Origin: Lama guanicoe
Lineage: Eukaryota
NCBI GenBank assembly: GCA_013239625.1
Contig: MU053792.1
Coordinates: 780,941 to 822,736, forward strand
Direction: 5' to 3'
DNA length: 41,796 bases
Shown here: piece by piece, positions 26,842-38,818 of the stretch
Position numbering within the stretch: position 1 is the first letter of the stretch
Layout: each line of letters opens with the position of its first letter
The notes under the pieces: generated by a model
What the model was told of the DNA's origin: nothing
The model's database searches: none
The model's input: only the letters and a program-made list of their open reading frames with translations
Position numbers and translations under genes: made by a program

Positions 26842-28546
26842 GAGATTGTTTTTAGGAAAAATTAGAGACTGATTTAAGAAAATATTGCTATGATTTATGT
26901 CACAGAATGTTTTGCCTATGTTCCCTTCTAGGAGTTTCATGGTTTCATGTCTTATACATAGACATTAAACCATTTTGAGATTATTTTTGTACACGGAGTG
27001 AGGTAGTGTTCTGATTTCATTAATTTCCATGTAGCTGTCCAGCCTTCCCAATATGCTTATTGAAATGACTATCTTTTCTCTATTGTATATTCTTGCCTCC
27101 TTCGTCATAAATTAATTGATCACAGGTGTGTAGGTTTATTTCTGGGCTCTCTGTTCTGTTCCATTGATCTATATGTCGTTTTTCTGCAATACCACACAGT
27201 TTTGATTACTGTAGTACATAGCTTGAGGCCTGGAAGGGTTATACCTCCAGCTTTGTTCTTTTTCCTCTGGGTTGATTTGGCAATTCCAGGTCTTCTGTGG
27301 TTCCAAATAAAATTTAGGACTATTTGGTCTAGTTCTGTGGAAAAGGTTATCGGTATTTGGATAGGAGTCACTTTAAATCTGTAGATTGCTTTGGTAGTGT
27401 GACCATTTTAACAGTACCAATTCTTTTCATCCACGAGCACAGGCTATCTTTCCATTTCTTTAAATAATCTTCAAATCCCTTTATCAATATTTCATAGTTT
27501 TCAGCATATAGATCTTTCACCTCCTTGGTAAAGTTTATGCTACGTATTATGCCTTGGTATTTCCTTTCTTCTTGACTTTGATTTCTGTTTGTTCTTCTTT
27601 CTCTAATTAATTTAGGTGGTGGTTTAGGTTGTTTATTTGGGGTTTTGTTTGTTTGTTTGTTTCTTGTGGAAGGCCTGTATCACTATGAACTTCCCTCTTT
27701 GAACTACTTTTGCTGCATCCCATAGATTTCATAAAGTTGTGTTTTTATTTTCATTTTTCTAGAGGTATTTTCGTATTTCTTCTTTGATTTCACGTTTGGT
27801 GCATTTGTTTTTTAGTAGCATGTTGTTTAGTCTCCATGTGTTTCTTCTTGTCCTATCTTTTTTCTTTTGTGGTTGATTCTAATTTCATGCTGCTGTGGTC
27901 AGAAAAGATATTTGAAATAACTTCTATGCTCTTAAATTTGTTGAAGCATGTTTTGCCACCTAGTATGTGGTTTATCCTAGGGAACATTCCATTTGTGCTC
28001 AAAAAGAATGTGTACTCTGGTGTCTTGTGATGTAGTGTCCTGTAGAAATCAATTGAGCCCAATTGGCCTATTGTGTCACTTAGGACCTCTGTTGCCTTTT
28101 ATTGATTTTTCTGTCTGGATCATCTGTCCAGTGATGTCAGCAGGGTGTTAAAGCCTCGTAGTATTATTGTATGATTGTCCATTACTTCCTTTATTAGTTA
28201 GTATTTGCTTTACATATTTCAGTGTAGCTATATTGGGTGCATACATATTACTGACTGTAATAATCCTTTTCTTGCATTGATTGCTTTGTCATTATGTTTT
28301 GTTTTGTTTTGTTTTGTTTTGTTTTGTTTTGTTTTGTTTGTGTTTCCTTATGGCCTTTGTTTTACAGTCTCATTTGTCTGATATGAGCCAAAATCTTTGC
28401 TATCTTGTCATTTCCATTTGCATAAAATATCATTTTCCATTCCCTCACTTTTAGTCTGTGGGTGTCTTTTGCCTTGAAGTGAATTTCTTGTATGCAACAT
28501 ATTGTAGGTTCTTGTTTTTTTTAATCCATCTGCCACTGTATTCTTT
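25660..28546 (-). mobile_element. Host LINE-1, 3' part (3'UTR plus decayed ORF2 with internal deletion)
   Basis: T-rich tail end and L1 3'UTR motifs. ORF2 peptides [22 protein letters not shown]...[11 protein letters not shown] (27120-27371) and IDFYRTLH...YTFFLS.NG.FPRINHILG (endonuclease domain, 27853-28062). Confidence 0.92.
28296..28340. repeat. (GTTTT)n microsatellite in the host L1
   Basis: About 8 pentamer units. Confidence 0.9.
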
Positions 28547-31500
28547 ATCTTTTTTTTTCTGTTTCATAAAGAACATTTTATTTTATTTTATTTTATTTTA
28601 CTTTATTGAACTATAATCAATGTACAATGTTGTGTTAATTTCTTGTTTACAAAATAGTGATTCATTTTTATTGATAGATATAGATATATAGATATGTATT
28701 CCATTTCATATTCTTTTTCATTACAGGTTACTGCAAAATATCTAATGTAGTTTCCTGTGTTACACAGTAGGACCTTGTTGTTTATCCATTTTATGTATAG
28801 TAGGTAATGTCTGCGAAACCCAAACTCCCAGTTTATCCTGCTCAACTCCTGTCCCCCTGGTAATTATAATGTTACTTTCTATGTCTGTGAGTCTGTCTCT
28901 ATTTTGTAAATAAAGTAATTTGTGTCCTTTTTGTAGGTTCCACATGTTAAGTGATATCCTATGGTATTTTTCTTTCTTTTTCTGGCTTACTTCACTTAAT
29001 ATAATGATTCCCAAGTTCACAAATGTTGTTGCAAATGACATTCTTTTTTAGCCTTTTTTAGCCTTTTTGTGGCTGAGTAGTATTCCTACGCATATGTATA
29101 CCACAACTTCTTTATCCAGTCATCTGTCATGGACGTTTAGATTGTTTCCATGTCTTGGGTATTGTAGATTGTGCTGCTATGAACATTGGGTGCAGGCGTC
29201 TTTTCGAATTAAAGTTTCCTCCAGATAAATGCCTAGGCATGGTATTGCTAGATCAAATTTTCCATATTTTCCAATTTTTAAGAATCTCCATACCGCTTTC
29301 TCTAATGGCTGCACCAAAATATGATCCCACTAACATTGTAGGAAGGTTCCGCTCTACAACCTCACTAGCATTTATCTTTTGTGAATTTTTTAATGATGGC
29401 TGTTCCGACTGATGTGGAGTGATACCTCATTATAGTTTTGATTGCATTTCTCTGATAATTAATGATATTGAGCATTTTTTTCATGTGCCTATTTGGGCAT
29501 TTGTATGTCTTCAATGAAGAAATGTTTGTTTAGTTCTTCTGCCCATTTTTGGATTGGGTTGTTTGGGTTTTTTTGGTTATTGAGTTGTATGAGCTGTTTG
29601 TACATTCTAGTAATTAACCCCTTGTCGGTTGCTTTGTTTGCAAGTACTTTCTCCCATTCCATAGGCGGTCTTTTCATTTTGTTTATGGTTTCCTTTGCTG
29701 TACAAAAGCTTAAAAGTTTAATTAGGTCACACTTGTTTATTTTTGCTTTTATTTCTGTTGTCTTGGTAGACTGTTCTAGGAGAACATCACTACGATTTGT
29801 ATCAGAGAATGTTTTGTCTATGTTCCCTTCTAGGAGGCTTATGGTGTCTTCTCTTATGCTTAAGTCTTTAAGTCATTTTGAGTTTATTTTTGGGTGTGGT
29901 GTGAGGGAGTACTCTAATTTCATTGATTTACATGTTGCTGACCAGCTTTCCCAGCACCACTTGTTGAAGAGACTGTCTTTTCTCCATTGTATATTCTTAT
30001 TTGTTGGAGATTAATTGACTGTGGATTTGTGGGCTTGTTTCTGGGCTCTCCATTCTGTTCCTTTGATCCATAAGTCTGTTTTTGTGCCAATAGCAGGCTG
30101 TTTTTATTACTATAGCTCTGTAGTATTGTCTGAAGTCTGAGGGGTTGTTTATTGCTCCAGCTTTGTTCTTTTTCTTCAGTATTGCTTTTCCAGTTTGGAG
30201 TCTTTTGTAATTCCACATAAATTTTAAGATTAGTCTAGTTCTGTGGAAAATGTCTTGGGTAATTTGATATAAATAGCATTAAATCTGTAGATTGCTTTGG
30301 GTAGTTTAGCCATTTTAACAGTATTAATTCTTCCAATCCAAAAGCATAGCATGTTGTTCCATTTCTTTAAATCATCTTCAGTTTCCTTAATCAAGATTTG
30401 GTGGTTCTCTGTGTTTAAGTCTTTCACTTCTTTGGTCAGGTTTATTCCTAATTATTTTATTTTTTAATGCAATTTTAAAAGAGATTGTTTCTTTACTTTC
30501 CTTTCCTGATATTTCATTACTACTGTAAATATATGCAACAAATTTCTCTCTGTTAATCTTCTATCCTGCTACCTTGCTGAATTTTGTTTATCAGTTCTAG
30601 TTTTTATGTGGAATCTTTAGGGCTTCCTATATATAGTATCGTGTCATCTGAATACAGGGAAATTTTTACCTTTTCTCTTCCAGTTTGGATGCCATTTATT
30701 TCTTGTCTGATTGTATGGCTAGGACTTCTAATACTATGTTGAATAGAGTTGTTGAGAGTGAGCATCCTTGTCTTGTTCCAGATTTTAATGGGAAGGATTT
30801 CAAGCTTTCAACTTTTCACCACTGAGTATTATGTTGGCTGTGGGTTTGTCATGAATAGCTTTTATTATATTGAGATATGTTCCCTCTATACCCACCTTGG
30901 TACGAGTTTTATAACAAATGGATATTGAATTTTATCAGATGATTTTTCTGCATCTATTGAAGCTATCATGAGATTTTTGTCCTTTCTCTTGTTGATGTGG
31001 TGTATCACATTGATTGATTTGCATATGTTGAACCTCCTGGTGTCCTTGGGATGAATCCAACTTAATTGTAGTGTATGATCTTTTTTATATGTTGTTTGAT
31101 TCTGTTTGCTAATATTTTGTTGAGAATGATTGCATCTATATTATGTTATATATTATAATAGATATTATATGTTATTATATCTAATTATTGGCCTGTAATT
31201 TTCTATTTTGGTACTCTGTTTGTCTGGTTTGGATATCAGGGTGATGATGGCCTCATAAAATGACTGTGGGAGTATTCCTTCCTCTTCAGTCTTTTGGAGG
31301 AGTTTGTAAAAGATTGGTGTAAATTCTTCTATGATTGGTAGAATTCCCCAGTGAAGTCATATGGTCCTGAACTTTTGTTTGCATGGAGTTTTATTATTAT
31401 CAATTCTATTTCACTTCCAGTGATTGGTTTGTTCAAATTATCTATATCTATTTCTCTTGACTCAGCTTTAGTGGGCTGAATATTTCTAGGCATTTCTCTA

Positions 31501-32982
31501 TTTCTTCTAGGTTGTCCGATTTGCCATATAATTATTTATAGTATTCTCTTATGTTTTGGTTTTTTTTTTTTGGTAGTATTGATTGTAATTTCTCCTCTTT
31601 CATTTCTTGTTTTGCTTTTTTGAGTCATCTCTCTTTTTCCTTGGTGAACCTGGCCAGTGGTTTCTCAATTTTGTTTATTCTTTAAAAAACCAGCTCTTGG
31701 TTTGATTGATTTTTTCTATTATTTTAATCTCCATCTTATTTATTCCCCCCCCCCCAATTTTTATTATTTCTTGCCTTCTACTGACTTTGGTTTTGTTTGT
31801 TCTTCATTTTCTAACTTTTTTTTTAGGTGGTAGGCTAGGTTGTTTACTTGAGATCTTTCTTGTCTTTTGAGGAAGGCCTGTATCACTGTGTAGTTTCCTC
31901 TTAGGACTGCTTTTGCTGCGTCCCGTTGGTTGTATAGTTGTGTTTTCATTGTCATTTGTCTCAAAATATTTTTTAATTTCTTCTTTGATTTCATCATCGA
32001 CACTTTGGTTTTCAGTAGCATGTCATATAGTCTCTATGCAATTTTTTTCTTTTTTTATTTCTCTTTCTGTGGTTGATGTCTAGTTTCATGGCATTGTGGT
32101 CAGAAAAAAATACTTGAAATTATTTCTATCCTCTTAAATTTGTTGAGGCTTGTTTTCTGTCTGAGTATGTAGTGTATCCTAAAGAATGTTCCATGTGCAC
32201 TTGAGAAGAATGTATATTCTTGTTTTGTTTTGTTTTTACTGTAATGTTCTGAAAATATCAACCAAGTCTAACTATTGTACTGTGTCATTTAGCATTTCCA
32301 TTGCCTCACTGCTTTTCTATCTGGAAGATCTCTCCTATGATGTTAGTGTAGTGTTAAAGTCTCCTACTATTATTGTTTTCCCATCAGTTTCCTCCTTTCT
32401 GTCTGGTAGTAATTGTTTTATATATTTAGGTATTCCTATATTGGCTGTATATATGTTAACATGTGTAAAATCCTATTGTATTGCTCTTTTGATTATATAG
32501 TGTCCTTTTTTATCTTTCTTTATAGATATCTTCATTTTAACTCTATTTTGTATGATGTGAATATTGCTACCCTCACTTTCTTGTCATTTCCATTTACATG
32601 AAGCATCTTTTTCCATTCTCTCTCTATCAATCTATGTGTGTCCTTTACCCCAAAATGGATTTTTGCAGACAGCACATTGTAGGTGCTTGTTTTATTATCC
32701 ACTCTGCCACTCTATGTCTTTTGATTGGAGCATTTATTCCACTGACATTTACAGTAACTATTGATAGTTGTGTGTTTATTATTTTAAACCTTGTTTTCCA
32801 GTTGGTTTTATATTTCTTCTTTGTTCCTTTTTTCTTCTTTCTGTTTTTCCTTCTGTGGCTTGATAATTTTTTTTGTATTAGCTTGATTTCTTTTCTTTTT
32901 GTTTTTTGTGTCTATTATATATTTTTGCTTACTCTGTATTTCAAGTATGTTAAGTCATTACTATATCTGTTTGCTTTAGACT

Positions 32983-33588
32983 TGTTAGGCAGTTAGATAG
33001 AAAAGAGCACCAGGCAGGGGGAGAGAAAGGGGAAAGGAGAAACCCAGAAAGTAAGAGTATGCCTGCACTCAGGATATGGGGCTCCAAAAGCTTTCTTTAA
33101 ATCAGGGCCAGCAAAGAAGCCAGCTAGGATCCAACGCTGCAGCCGTGCAATAGAGAGAAGGACCTGTCTTAACGTGACCCAATGCTCATTATAATGTAAT
33201 TAACATTACGGTTTGAGCCCCCTCCCGTGGGTTTCTCTGTGTGCTTCATGGGTAAGAACCTGCCCCAAAAGGGATGGGCGTGCCTGAGCACAAGGAACCT
33301 GAGCTGTCAGTCAGCCTGAGCATTCAAAGAACCTGAGCTATGGATCAATCAATCATGAAAACGCCCCTAAGTCAGGACATAAAAACAGGAAAACCAAAGG
33401 AGCAGCACCATTTTTCCTCCCTTGGATTGAGCTGCTCCCATTTCTTGGGAGTGTGCTATACTTTACTACCTTTTTACTTTACTAATAAAATCTTGTTTAT
33501 ATCACACTTTCTGTCCTTCATTACAAATTCTTTTTTTTTCGGGTGACTAAGAACCGAGGTAATTCTTACTTTCCTTTTCCTGGTAACG
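32983..33588 (+). mobile_element. ERV1-class solo LTR in the L1 inter-ORF spacer
   Basis: TGTTA...TAACG termini (CA mutated to CG). 4-bp TSD GACT at 32979-32982 and 33589-33592. CATAAAAA TATA-like box near 33378 and AATAAA near 33485. Confidence 0.88.
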
Positions 33589-35254
33589 GACTGGTCATCA
33601 GATAGGCTCAAACACATCCTAAAAAGAATGGAGAAAAAAATCCACATTTCCTTGCTCCCCTCTTGCACATTTTATGATTTTGATGTCCTCTATTACATGT
33701 TTATATTTATTCTTTTGCTGTTCAGTGTAGTTACCACATTTCCAATTGTGATTTTCTCTTTTCCATAAATTCCTGCTTCTTTTCTATTTAGAGAAGAACT
33801 TTCAATATTTCTTTTGGGATAAGTTTAATATTACTGTACTCTTTTAGTTTTTGCTTTTCCGAGAAAACCTTTCTCTCTCCTTCTATTCTAAATGATAGTC
33901 TTGTGAGTAGAGTATACTAATTTGCAGGGTTTTCTCTTTCTGGACTTTGAATATATCTTGCCACTCCCTTCTGGCCAGCAACACTTCTCTAGAGAAATCA
34001 GCTGAGAGGCTTACGGGGGTTCCCTTATAACTAACTCTTTGTTTTTCTCTTGATGTCTTTAGAATCTTCTTTTTAACTTTCACCACTTCAATTATAATAC
34101 GTCTAAATGTGGTCTGTTTGGGTTCATCTTGTGCTTCCTGTACTTTGGTATCTGTTTCCTTCTTTAGGTTTGGGGAGTTTGCAGTCATAATTACTTCAGA
34201 TACATTTTCCATGCCCTTTTCCCTTTCTTCTCCTTCTGGGACCCCTATTATGCATGGATTGGCACACTTTATATTGTCCCATAGTTCCCTTATATTGCTT
34301 TCATTTTTTTTTAATTTGTTTGTCTGCCTTCTGTTCTGATTGAGTGGTTTACAATAGTCTCTCTTCTAAATCACTTGTTTGTTCTTCTGCATTGGCCTAT
34401 TCATTGTCTTTCACTCAGCTTTTATCTCAGAAATTGATTTTTCTGATTTTAATCGGCCCCTCTCTTTAGTTTCCAGTTCCTTTTTACGGTCATCTGCATT
34501 TCTATCCATAGCCTCTCTTAATTCCTTCAGTGCTTTGACTATCTCCTTTTTGAACTCAAGTTCTGGTATACTGTGAAGTCTATATCATTATTTGCAGCAA
34601 AGGTGGTTGCTATGATGATGTCCCTCCCTTCCCTTTGTAAGAAAGTAAGTTAGCAATGGAGACTTATGGCCAAGCCACATCCTGTGGGGAGCATTGCACC
34701 CCTCCATTGTGTGCACCAACAGCAGAGTTTCCTATGGCGGCCCCAGGCTGTTTTGCATACACTCCCAGCTTCAGCCTGTACCACACTCCATCTCCTTCAG
34801 GCCCGCTCTGTGCAGTCAATTCCAGTCCTCTCCCTGGGTCTGTCCTCTGAAGCCTGAGCTCCAGCACACAGTCCTTGCACACACCACCCTGCTTGTCTCA
34901 GGCTAGGGACCACATGGCTCCCCTGAGCCTGTTTCTCTCCATTCTGTCTGCCTCAAAGCAGCCCCTGTGCTCGCCTCTGGGTCTCTGAAGTACCCCTTCC
35001 GTCCCCAGCACTGATCTCTCTGCTGAAGAGGGGGCTGCCAAAGATAAAGATGCTTTTCCTCTTTTACTGCTTCCTTTCCAGCAGGGCCTGATTTCCTTTT
35101 TCTTTTCCTTTTTTTTTCTCCTACCCAGATTCATGATTATTTTCCTTGTAGTTCCACTTATACAAGATGTGCTGTAAGTATTCTGGGTGAATTGTTCCAC
35201 ATGCAATCTACGTTTGCTGTGTTTGTGGGAGGGCGTAAGCTGTGTCCTTCTCTT

Positions 35255-35264
35255 CCGCCATCTT
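35255..35264 (-). promoter_or_regulatory. YY1 site at L1 5' terminus
   Basis: AAGATGGCGG on the minus strand, a few nt inside the element end. Confidence 0.7.
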
Positions 35265-35269
35265 GAAGC

Positions 35270-38131
35270 CCATGTGCTCTATGTCTTTTGATCGGAGCTT
35301 TCAGTCAATTGACATTTAAAGTAATTATTGATAGGTATGTAATTAGTGCCATTTTAATCCTTGCCTTCCAGTTGTTTTGTAATTCTTTGCTCATTTTTTC
35401 TTTATGTTTTTCCTTTTGTGGTTTGATAACCTTCTTTTGTAGTGTGCCTGAGTTTCTTTCCTTTTGGTTTTTGGGTATCTATTGTATGGTTTTGATTTTT
35501 GGTTACCATGGAGTTCAAGCATTTTCACCCATACTTGCTTTAAATTGATAGTCACTCAAGGTCAGACATATTCTAAGAGATTCACATTTTTTATACCTCC
35601 CTCCCTCACATATTTTGATTTTGATGTTTTATTTTATATTTTCTTGCTTATGCTTTTACTGTTTATTATAGTTATAATTGCTTTTGTATATTTTTAATGG
35701 TTTTAATCTATGTACTTGCTTATTAAGTGAGCTTCAATCCTTTTATATATTTGCCTTTCCCATTGTGATTTTCTCTTTCCTATAGGTTCTTGCTTATGAA
35801 AAGAGAAGACCCTTTATTTAGAGAAGACCCTTTAATACTACTTTTAGAGCAGGTGTTGTTTTCCTAAGTTCTTTTAGCATCTGCTTGTCTAAGAACATCT
35901 TTATATTTCCTATTCTAGCTGGTAATCTTGCTTGGTAGAGTAGTCTACTTCGCAGAAGTTTCTCTTTTGTAATTTTTAATATTTCATACCACCCTTTAGC
36001 CTGCAAAGTTTCTGCACAGAAATCAACCAATAGCTCTATGGGGGTTACCTTGTAAGTCTTTGCTTTTCCCTTGCTACCATTGGAATCCTTTTTAACTTTT
36101 GCCATTTTAATTATGATATGTCTTGGTGTGAGTCTGTTTGGGTTCATTTCATTCTGGACCCTCTGGGCTTCTTGTACCAGAATATCTATTTCTTTCTTTA
36201 GGTTTTGGAAGTTTTCAGCCATCATTTTTTCAGATACTTTTTCAATTTCCTTCTCTCTCTCTCTCTCTTCTTCTGGAATCCCTGTTATGTTTTTTCATTA
36301 ATGACACAAGGAGGGCTGGCTACAATTCATCAGGATTACTGAACACAAAGCTGCAAAAGTTGGTACCTTTTATATTAACTGATAGATCTCATTTGTTGCT
36401 TTTACTTTCCCTCATTTCTCTTTCTATCTGCTGTTCTCATTGGATGATTTCTATTATTTCATCTTCCTAAACCTTTATTCATTCTTCTCCTTCATTTAAT
36501 CACTGTCATTGCTTTTAGATTGGTTTTCATCGTGGTAATTGAATTATCTACTGTTGATTGGCTTACCTTTATGGTTTCTAGTTTCTTGTTACAAGTAATC
36601 TGTGTTTCTATCAGTAATTTTCTTAATTCACTTAGGATTTTTATTACCACTTTTTTTGAACTCTGGGTCTGGTAGATTGGTGAGCTCCATTTTATTATTT
36701 ATTCTTTCTGTGGATTTCTCATTATTTTAATCCTCTGCCTTTTCAATTTACTTAACTTTCTCTGGCTCTATGAATTTAGGAGAAGTCCTGAAGGGGTGCT
36801 TCTCTGTGGGTGTGCCCCGTGTAGACTCTGTGTCCAGCATCTTTGTTAAGAGGGCTTGTTTTGACATGGAGCCTACTACATCGTTTCTCAGGGTGTGCTG
36901 GCTGTTATCCCCTTAACAGGGTGTGTGGTTGGTGTTTGGGGATTTGAAGCCTGTGCAGGATGCGAGACTGGACTTCCTCTCTGCTCCATGGCTATCCCTG
37001 TTCCGTCAGATGTGCAGTTTACTTCCTGGTGGTTGGAGTAGAACTTCTGAGGGGTGGATCCTCTCAGGTTCAGTTGCCCTTGAGTTTGTGTCCTGCCCCA
37101 AAGGAGGTGATTGATGAAGCAAGTGAGGCTGTACGGTCACAGATGACCCACATGCCTTCTGTGCAGGTGCATGCAGTTCTGCTCTGGAGCACTCAAAGTC
37201 ACGTCCCTTCCTGCGCAGTGCTCGTCTGAGATCCAGCACAAGGCTGTGGTATGGAGTAGGCTGGGGCAGGGTGTTGGGCTGTTGTGGCTGCAGGAATTGA
37301 GGTGGTTGCACTGCCTGCTAAGATTTGGGCTGCCTCTGGGCCAATTTGGTCCCAGGACTTGTCTGCCCCAAATCTAGTGCTAAATGTTGGTGTGGACTAG
37401 GACTAGGTGGAGCTGGGGTGCTCTTTCTGGGTGGGGAACTGCTTGTACTCCTGAGCGTCTGATAGTGACCACTGCCACAGTCCCAGACCATGCCATAGGC
37501 CCGCAGGGCTGACCTCTCCCAGGGCCTGTCTGCCCGAGATTCAGTGCTTAGCCCCATCCATGCTCTTGTGGCTCACCCCACATGCTGACAGTGGCCACTG
37601 CAGCTCCACTCAGATCACACCCCAGGCTCCTCAGTCTGTCTCTGTGTAGCTAGACGGAGTTCTGCCCAGATCTCACGCCAGGCTGTGGTGTGGAGTGAGC
37701 AGAGCTGGGGTGTTTGTCCCTTTGAATTGGGACATGCAGGAAGGTGGTAGCTGCCAGTGCAAGGCTCTCTCTGTCTCAAGAGTAGAGTCTAGCTTCATCA
37801 GCCCTTCTGTCTATGCCAGCAGATTTCCCAGCAGGCAAAGGGGGCTTATCCCTTCCTCGCACGACCCTGGGACTGGGGTGCTCAGGCTGTGGCTTGGCCT
37901 TCTCCCTCCCCAGGTCCGCCTGTGCAGACCTTCTCTTCTTACAAAGCCTTCCAAGTGGTACAGGTCCCAATCTGATGCCTTTTTCTTCCATCCTACTTGG
38001 TCATGTGTAGAACTCTATTGCAGGCTGGTTTTATAGGGTTTCTTCTGCCAGATTCTAGTGAGTTTCTGTGAGAATTATTGCACATCTAGATGTATTTTTA
38101 ATGTGTTTGTAGGGAGAGGTGATCCCCTTCC
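35270..38131 (-). mobile_element. Host LINE-1, 5' part (ORF2 start, spacer, ORF1, ~1.3 kb 5'UTR)
   Basis: ORF1 peptide MAENFQNLKKEIDILVQEAQRVQNEMNPNRLTPRHIIIKMAKV...LKGLL (35818-36225). GC-richer 5'UTR at about 36800-38130, whose end resembles 35175-35245. The terminal YY1-containing bases are missing. Confidence 0.88.
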
Positions 38132-38273
38132 TTGTTCTTGTTTTTTGTTTTTTGTTTTTTTAATAAAGGCCTTTTAATAAAGGCCTTGTGGGAGTCCAGT
38201 TTCCGGAGCCACCTCCGTGCCAGAGTTCCGCGTGTAAGGCAGTTTGGACATCCCTGCACCGCATTCTGCTCAG

Positions 38274-38818
38274 GAGAAGCCGACCCCTCCCGCGTCGCCC
38301 CGGCCCCACAATGCCAGCCCGACAGTGCGCCTCCTGCAACAAGGCGCGCGCCGCCCTCCGCCGCCCGCGCTCCGGCCAGGCGCTGTGCGGCACCTGCTTC
38401 TGCGCCGCCTTCGAGGCCGAGGTGCTGCACACAGTGGTCGCGGGCCGCCTGCTGCCGCCCGGCGCCGTGGTGGCCGTGGGCGCCTCGGGCGGCAAGGACT
38501 CCACGGTACTGGCGCACGTGCCGCGCGAGCTGGCCCCGCGCCTGGGCATCTCGCTGCGCCTCGTGGCCGTGGACGAGGGCATCGGCGGCTACCGGGACGC
38601 GGCGCTGGCGGCCGTGCGGCGCCAGGCGGCGCGCTGGGAGCTCCCGCTCACCGTCGTGGCCTACGCAGACCTCTTCGGGGGCTGGACGATGGACGCCGTG
38701 GCCCGCAGCACAGCCGGCTCCGGCCGCAGCCGCTCCTGCTGCACCTTCTGCGGGGTGCTGCGGCGCCGGGCGCTGGAAGAAGGGGCGCGCCTCGTGGGAG
38801 CCACGCACGTCGTGACTG
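38274..38818 (+). other. CTU1: CTU1 first coding exon equivalent (508 coding nt plus short leader), CpG-island-like
   Basis: Preceded by pyrimidine-rich CATTCTGCTCAG (AG at 38272-38273) and followed by the GTGAGC donor. Very high GC and CpG density compared with the AT-rich window. Confidence 0.75.

Larger units (their letters stand above)
28547..35269 (-). mobile_element. Near-full-length, inactive LINE-1 inserted into the host L1
   Basis: A-rich tail at about 28547-28600. ORF2 peptides (KRPPMEWEKVLAN..., [33 protein letters not shown]) and ORF1 peptides (33883-34212). The 5' end GGGCTTCAAGATGGCGG carries a YY1 motif. Many frameshifts and stops. Confidence 0.93.

Noticed and set aside
28547..35269. 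Retrotransposition-competent L1
   Set aside because: Both ORFs are fragmented by stops and frameshifts, and the element is interrupted by an LTR.
38188..38310. 41-codon N-terminal extension of the CTU1 ORF
   Set aside because: Starts at GTG, not ATG. CTU1 similarity begins at ATG 38311.
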